From Octopus sinensis (taxonomy: Eukaryota): 59,240 nt of DNA. Made by a program: the position numbers and the translations under genes. The first letter of the stretch is position 1. Each line of letters starts with the position of its first letter. The notes under the pieces were generated by a model. That model searched no databases, was not told where the DNA came from, and saw only the letters and a list, made by a program, of their open reading frames with translations. This document shows, one piece after another, positions 52,506-59,240 of this stretch. The DNA is taken from NCBI RefSeq assembly GCF_006345805.1, contig NW_021832547.1, positions 1 to 59,240 on the forward strand, in the 5' to 3' direction.

Positions 52506-53685
52506 CAATATGGCTAACCACTAGGGATGGGTGTTACTGTAGCTTTATAGCCCCAGGAGATCATCGTCTCAAGCTGGCTTTAGACACAATTTCTGTGCCA
52601 TTATGATATTTGCAAAGGGAGGTCATCCCCTATCGTAAACCTAAGTGATACGCATGGACTGCAGTTTCGAGATTATTGTCTCTTGTCAACACACGGTAAC
52701 CACCAGTTTTCGATGAGGAGTGACCTATTTGCGAATATCTATTTAATGTTTTTCCCAGTAACCACTGTCACTGATTTCGAAAAACGGTCTGAAAGCAATA
52801 ATAAATCTCTGAACGAGATGTAAACAGTACGCGGTCGACAACGTAAAGTATACTAGCCATCTCAATATGGCTAACCACTAGGGGTGGGTGTTACTGTAGC
52901 TTTTTAGCCCCAGGAGATCATCGGCTCCAGTTGGCTTTAGACACAATTTCTGTGCCATTATGATATTTGCAAAGGGAGATCATCTCCTCTCGTAAACCTA
53001 AGTGATATGCATGGATTTCAGTTTTAAGATTATTGTCTCTTGTCAACACACGGTAATCACTGGTTTTCGATGAGGAGAGACCTGTTTGCGAATATTTATT
53101 TAATGTTTTTCCCAGTAACCACTGTCACTGATTTCGAAAAACGGTCTGAAAGCAATACCATGTGTTGACAAGAGATAATAATCTCGAAACTGCAGTCCAT
53201 GCATATCACTTAGGTTTACGAGAGGAGATGACCTCCCTTTGCAAATATCATAATGGCACAGAAATTGTGTCTAAAGCCAGCTGGAGACGATGATCTCCTG
53301 GGGCTAAAAAGCTACAGTAACACCCACCCCTCGTGGTTAGCCATATTGAGATGGCTAGTATACTTTACGTTGTCGAGCGCTTACTGGTTACATCTCGTTC
53401 AGAGATTTATTATTGCTTTCAGACTGTTTTTCGAAATCAGTGACAGTGGTTACTGGGAAAAACATTAAATAGATATTCGCAAATAGGTCACTCCTCATCG
53501 AAAACTGGTGGTTACCGTGTGTTGACAAGAGACAATAATCTCGAAACTGCAGTCCATGCGTATCACTTAGGTTTATGAGAGGGGATGACTTGCCTTTGCA
53601 AATATCATAATGGCACAGAAATTCTGTCTACAGTAACACCCACCCCTAGTGGTTAGCCATATTGAGATGGCTAGTATACTTTACG
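52506..53685. repeat. 357-bp unit: about two direct copies followed by about two inverted copies
   Basis: CAATATGGCTAACCACTAGGG at 52506 and 52863; orientation switches at about 53158. Confidence 0.93.
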
Positions 53686-54672
53686 ATTGTTTTTTATTTT
53701 TGGAGAACTTAAGGCATTCAAAGATCCCATGAGTCCTAAGTAATGCTGGCATCAAGTTTAAACAAAATACATCAAAATTGGTTAAAGTTATGGTTGAAAA
53801 ATGGGTGTAGCCAATTTTAGTGGGAAATCTTATAAGGAATCAGTTTATCAATTTTTCATCCTAATTGAATGGAAAACCCCATAAGAAATCAGTTTATTGA
53901 TTTTTCACCCCATATAGAACTTAACCGAACACAACATTGCTGATTCAAAAAATCTATATTTATACTTTTAAGTTGGTTTTCACACCCAACCCACTTATGC
54001 AGAATCAGTGTCGCGGCGGGAACATATGGGTTGGGAGTTTGACCAGCAGAGGTGATCAGGTTGCTCATGCTGGCCCCCTTCGGACCCCCCCATCATCTAA
54101 CCCCCTTCGGACCCCCCCATCATCTAACCCCACTTGGCCCATGGGTTGGGAGCCCTTCCGTCAAGGAAAATAGAATGGCCAAAATGGCTCCCTATTCTCT
54201 GTGTCTAAGCCTTAACCTAAGCCTTAGCTAACCTACTGAAAGGGGCTCAGGAGCCTCTAAAAGGCAGCAACTAATCCTGATCAATTCCTTACCCCTCCTA
54301 GCGGTACTATTGGTCAAGGCTGCATCAAAGATATACATTGGAGATCTGCATTGGATAAGGTTGCATTAGAGATCTGCTTTGGAGAAGGTTGATTTGAAGG
54401 TTTGCATTGGAGATCTGGATTGGAGTAAATTAGGAAAACTTACCAACAGCCTTAACAAAAGAATAAGGGAGCTGGCCCTTCTAGCCTAAATCTATGAGCA
54501 ACTTGGTCAAGCACTGATATCGGCTGAGTGAGCATTGTTGTTGGAGAAATCAGCATTGTAGAAGAAAGAAAAGAAAGAGTCCATTAGTCCTGTTGCCATG
54601 GTTTGATAATATGTCTGGCCAATGCTTCCAGATCACCTGTATATAACCACATTGGCTGCAATGATGACTTGC

Positions 54673-55200
54673 CTATAAAACTTTGCTATAGACAACATTG
54701 CATGTTCTGCCTTGTGGAGCATACACAAAAAGAGTGTTTCTACTCCCCACACAGGAGCAGGCCACATAGAGCTGCCCATGTGAAAAGCACGACTCCCACA
54801 AATGGATTCCCACCACCAATAGTGTTTGGCCTTGGGATTTGTTGATGGACATTGTAAAGCATGGCCTCACTGGGAACTGCGATCTGCATAAGTTAAACGG
54901 CATGTCTGATCCCCAGGGATAAAGGGGCATCCTTGAAATGAAAACATTTTCCCCCTTCTCACACCCCGAAACAATGGTGGCCTCAATCAAGTGGGGTGTC
55001 AGGGACTTGACTACCAAGCGGGTCCCATTCCACTGTTTAGGCAGAAGCAAGTTGCTAATTAGTATAATTGGCATCCAACCTTTAGCCAAAGAATGTGAAG
55101 TAGAAGCCCCACTGACTCCAATGAGTCGAGAAACTCGATGGGGTAATTGACAATGTCTTGGGGTCAGTGGTCTGGTCAATCGATTTGTAGATGCACTCCT
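54673..55200 (-). pseudogene. Helitron RepHel Pif1 helicase C-terminal fragment
   Basis: YKSIDQ / NYPIEFLDSL...LKVGCPIILI / NGTRLVV / QFPVRPCFTMSINKSQGQT / FSHGQLYVACS / NVVYSKVL*, with frameshifts. Confidence 0.92.
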
Positions 55201-55566
55201 CACCTGGAATTCAGCTTATGAGCTGGTCATTGATAGTACTGACAGCTATCAGAACCTTAATATATACATACATATATATATGTATGTATGTATATATATA
55301 TGTTAAGGTTCTGATAAATAAGGCACTTAAATTGTAACGCGCCATTCAGGTCGAAATTGAAATGCATGCACAGCAACTATTGTCAAATACAAACGATGGA
55401 ACAGAAATATAGACAGAAAGATATTCAGTTTCTGAAAACAATTAATTGAACCAAAGTGAGAGTATTATCAGCACTTGAGCTAATGTATTGAACGTATATC
55501 TATGCATTATTATTTCTTTATTTATACATGTGTGTGTGTGTTTGCTTGTGCATGTGTGTTCATGTT

Positions 55567-55610
<44 letters not shown>

Positions 55611-55987
55611 ATACATATATAAACTTAAATAAGTTAGATGTTTCGACTAAAGATTGGTCTAACTTAATAGCACCATCTGATAGAATTAGCTAAGTCAAGT
55701 TTTGTGGAAAATTTAAAACTAAATATACATATATTTCAGATGTTTTCATCTTTGTTTCTCTGTATAATACTTTTCACCATTGCAAGACAGGGGACTTAAC
55801 TCATATTAGTAAACTTAGGGATTTCACCGACGTGAAGACTGGTAAAAGGCACACACACACCTCGGGGAAAATAAGTTGACAAAATCACAGCTATGGTTAT
55901 GACCAATGTCCTCCTAAAATTGGAGTGACATGCATAAATTATATTCACATACACACACATCCTGCCTTTTATAGATATAGATATGTA

Positions 55988-56018
<31 letters not shown>

Positions 56019-56051
56019 GCGGACGTTAAACGATGATGATGATGATGATGA
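56019..56051 (+). mobile_element. Ultra-short RTE 3' tail inside (TA)n
   Basis: GCGGACGTTAAAC(GAT)n matches the RTE-3 terminus CGGACGTTAAACGATGAT. Confidence 0.8.
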
Positions 56052-56223
56052 TATATATATATATATATATATAGTACGTTTAAATATACATACATATGAC
56101 CATTCCGAAATATAACAATATATATATATATATATTTACATATATATAAATATTTACATATATATATATATGTACATATATATATATATATAATATATAT
56201 ATATATGTGTATATATATATATG

Positions 56224-56258
<35 letters not shown>

Positions 56259-56348
56259 GTACATATGTATATATATATATATATATATATTTACATATAT
56301 ATATGTATATATATATATATATATGTAATATATATATATATATATATA

Positions 56349-56384
<36 letters not shown>

Positions 56385-56428
56385 TATATATATATATATA
56401 TTATATATATGTACATATATATATATAT

Positions 56429-56470
<42 letters not shown>

Positions 56471-56473
56471 TAT

Positions 56474-56505
<32 letters not shown>

Positions 56506-56510
56506 GTACA

Positions 56511-56576
<66 letters not shown>

Positions 56577-56680
56577 CATATATATATATTATATATATAT
56601 ATTACATATATATATATATGTATATATATATAATATATGTACATATATATATATATGTATATATATATATAAATATTTAC

Positions 56681-56712
<32 letters not shown>

Positions 56713-56792
56713 GTACATATATTATATATATATGTATATATATATATGTACATATATATAATATGTATATATATATATATGTACATATATAT
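56052..56792. repeat. (TA)n/(TATG) microsatellite
   Basis: Read directly; short interruption near 56073-56112. Confidence 0.97.
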
Positions 56793-57115
56793 GGATTAAC
56801 TGTTGAAGTAGACGGACGTCTATTTGTTTCTCTCCCAAGTCAGTAGCAAGCTACACAGCTTCAAAACCTAACTGACCTTAAATATATATATATTTGTAAC
56901 CACGTGTTTGCCTACAAACCCGTAAGTACGTTTTCATTTAACTACAATTTGTTATATACACCTGTTTTTCTTTTAATATCCTCAAACAACCAAATAATCA
57001 AAAACTCACACCCTTAAGAGAGAACATTTATATATATATACACTTCTTTAACTCCCAAGAAAGAATATATATATTTTCAAAAATCAAAAGGAAAACAAAC
57101 AAAAGAAAAACAAAC

Positions 57116-58278
57116 ATGACTAACTTGCAGGCCTGCAACAGACGAAATTGGTCTGATAACGAAATTGATGTTTTAATAAACACATGGTTCTCTCTTTCCC
57201 AAACAGAAAATCTAAATGTTTTGTGTTTGAATGAGATTGCCGAAAAAACATCACAAGTGGTCAACACACGATCCGTCAAACAGATTCGTAGTAAACTGAA
57301 ACATATCGAAGTATCTTTCAAACTGACAAAAGGCCATTATGAAAAGCTTCTTCATATTTTCACAGTTCAAGAACAGCAACAGCTAGAAAAAAGCAGCCAC
57401 AACAACAACAACAACAGAATGAACCACTCCTGGTTCCCAGCACAACAGCCACTCCTCAACTCTAGCTTACTAGATGATTCACTAAATGCCAGTATCTTTT
57501 CACCGCTCTCATGGCAACCACCACAATTATCATCATCATCATCACCACCGCTGCCACCATCGTCTTCTATCACCAAAAATACCAACAGAAAACCAAATAA
57601 GAAACCACTGCCCACTTCCCCCACATCACCACCTCAATACTACTGCAGTAACAAAAACTTAAAGAAACATAGGAAGCAGAATGCGCCCCCCACGGCACAA
57701 ACAAGAAATCCCCAAATATGCCGCTATTCACTGCGCCAGAGACTCTGCACAAATAGTGACTGCATCTTCACGCATCTACCCGGCACTAGACGCACTACCG
57801 GCCAAGGCCAAAGCACGCATCCCACAATAACATCAACACCACCAAATAGTAAATCGAAATTCAAAACACACACAACTCGGAGTCCCAAAATCTGCCGGTA
57901 TTCCCAACGTGAGAGAACATGTCTGCTGAGTGACTGTCCCTTCACTCATCTTCCAGGGACCCGACGCACAAACAGAAACGGGGCTTCAAGCCAACACACA
58001 ACCTGAATAACAATAAAAATAGAAACACACCATGCTGCAGTAATGCTGGTCCAGTCTTTTCAGGAAGACACAAAAACAACAACAACAAAAGTGGAAACTA
58101 CAACCCTATCCAACAGTGCAACCACACCTCCAGCCAAAAACTGCTCCCTAAGCAGGAAAATTCTTTTTTAGCCATGTTGAACATGGCAAAAGAGATACAC
58201 AAAAACATTCTAGCCATCACTCAACACCATCCTATGCTATTACCCCAGTGCACCAATTCCCCACATTGCTGCCACTAA
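57116..58278 (+). CDS. LINE ORF1: Myb/SANT-like N-terminus plus two CCCH fingers; probable frameshift near 58004
   Basis: WSDNEIDVLINTW...EIAEK...RSVKQIRSKLK; two C-x8-C-x4-C-x3-H-LPGTRR. The -1 frame continues with QENSFLAMLNMAK to TAA at 58276-58278, echoing [10 protein letters not shown] in the other CR1 ORF1. Confidence 0.75.
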
Positions 58279-58340
58279 CACACACAAAATATCCAAGCCC
58301 CCTGCAACAGTCAAAACCAGCCACTACACTAACCTCCACA

Positions 58341-59240
58341 TTCCTACTCAATGCACAAGGTGTCAGCCCTTCCATCAACGCACAAAAATGGATGCTCCAA
58401 TTCATTGAAGACTGGGTTGGTAACCATTCACACCACATCCCTTTCTTCATTCTCACTGAGACCCACCTTGACAACTCCCACTTGGAAGCCAAAGTGAGAG
58501 TGAAGAATTTCACAACCATCCGCGCGGATCGTATCAGCAGGAGGAAGGGTGGAACTGCCATTTTCCTGCATGATTCATTTACGGCAGATGGAAATAGTAT
58601 ATTCTCCAACGGCTACTGTGAATCAGTCACCGTGCACAACAAAGCCAATGACCTGACAGTAATTGGGCTCTATAGGCCGCCCCAAACACCCATACTGTGC
58701 TTTCAAGAATGCCTCAACAGCATTAAGTGCTTTATTCAACAGTGCCATTCTAGCAACATACTCATGATGGGAGACTTCAATCTACCCTGTGTTGACTGGA
58801 CTACAAACTGTTTGAAACCAAGCACTCCCGCCTCAACCGCTGACAAAGAAGCAGCAGAGTCACTTTTCGACTTTACGAATGAGTTTTTCTTGTCCCAACT
58901 TGTCCTTGCACCAACAAGACATCAGAACATTTTGGACCTAGTGTTTAGTAACCACACTAACACTATACATAACGTTACAGTGGAAAAAACCCTTCTTTCA
59001 GACCATGACATGGTTCTCTGTAACATGAAATTCCACCAGCCAAAAGCTAATCCTAGTGACCTTCCTCCAGCCCACCCATTTGACAACATGGATCTCCATA
59101 ATGCCAACTGGGATGCAATCAGGAACGAGCTATCACATGTTGACTGGTCCTTTACACATACACACATCTCCACCAACCATAAAACATCTTGGCAGATCTT
59201 TGTAGACACCGTCACAGACATATGTGCAAAACACTCCCCA
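58341..59240 (+). pseudogene. APE endonuclease of CR1-like ORF2 (absent from the ORF track)
   Basis: Manual translation FLLNAQG...ILTETHL...IRADR..RKGGTAIF...GLYRPP; frameshift near 58695; then MGDFNLP...PTRHQNILDLVFSN...LSDHDMV. Confidence 0.9.

Larger units (their letters stand above)
52304..55250 (-). mobile_element. 3' portion of an autonomous-type Helitron (H7)
   Basis: CTAG at 52304-52307 with hairpin CCTGG...CCAGG; Pif1 helicase C-terminus upstream on the same strand. Continuity of the intervening 2.3 kb is inferred. Confidence 0.7.
56793..59240 (+). mobile_element. CR1/L2-like LINE copy 2: 5' UTR, ORF1 and start of ORF2, running off the window
   Basis: ORF1 followed by an APE domain in the same orientation; starts next to (TA)n. 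The 5' boundary is inferred. Confidence 0.85.

Overview
This is a eukaryotic (metazoan) intergenic or heterochromatic window made almost entirely of repeats. I found no host gene, tRNA/rRNA gene or CRISPR array. The very long (TA)n tracts, RTE tails ending in (TGA)n and the repeat families present suggest an octopod cephalopod; this is an inference from recalled repeat families and was not verified. Tandem arrays: a 116-bp satellite (1-5413), a 155-bp satellite (40639-47584), a 163-bp array and large (TA)n tracts. Retroelements: four RTE-clade LINEs plus two tiny 3' tails, two CR1/L2-like LINEs, one young Ty3/gypsy element (LTRs identical by eye, GGTA target duplication, tRNA-Trp PBS), an old integrase relic, and Penelope-like pieces carrying hammerhead ribozymes. 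DNA elements: up to eight Helitron or Helitron-like pieces (one with a Pif1 helicase remnant), piggyBac remnants and half a mariner. Best leads: (1) a CR1-like ORF1 with an N-terminal Myb/SANT-like domain plus duplicated CCCH fingers; (2) a perfect 154-bp inverted repeat with an intact hammerhead core on each strand; (3) a satellite whose unit overlaps a piggyBac transposase reading frame; (4) repeated insertion of PHD-finger-bearing RTEs into (TA)n, alongside a dispersed GTATATGGGTATATATAC microsatellite motif. All coordinates and alignments were read by eye.
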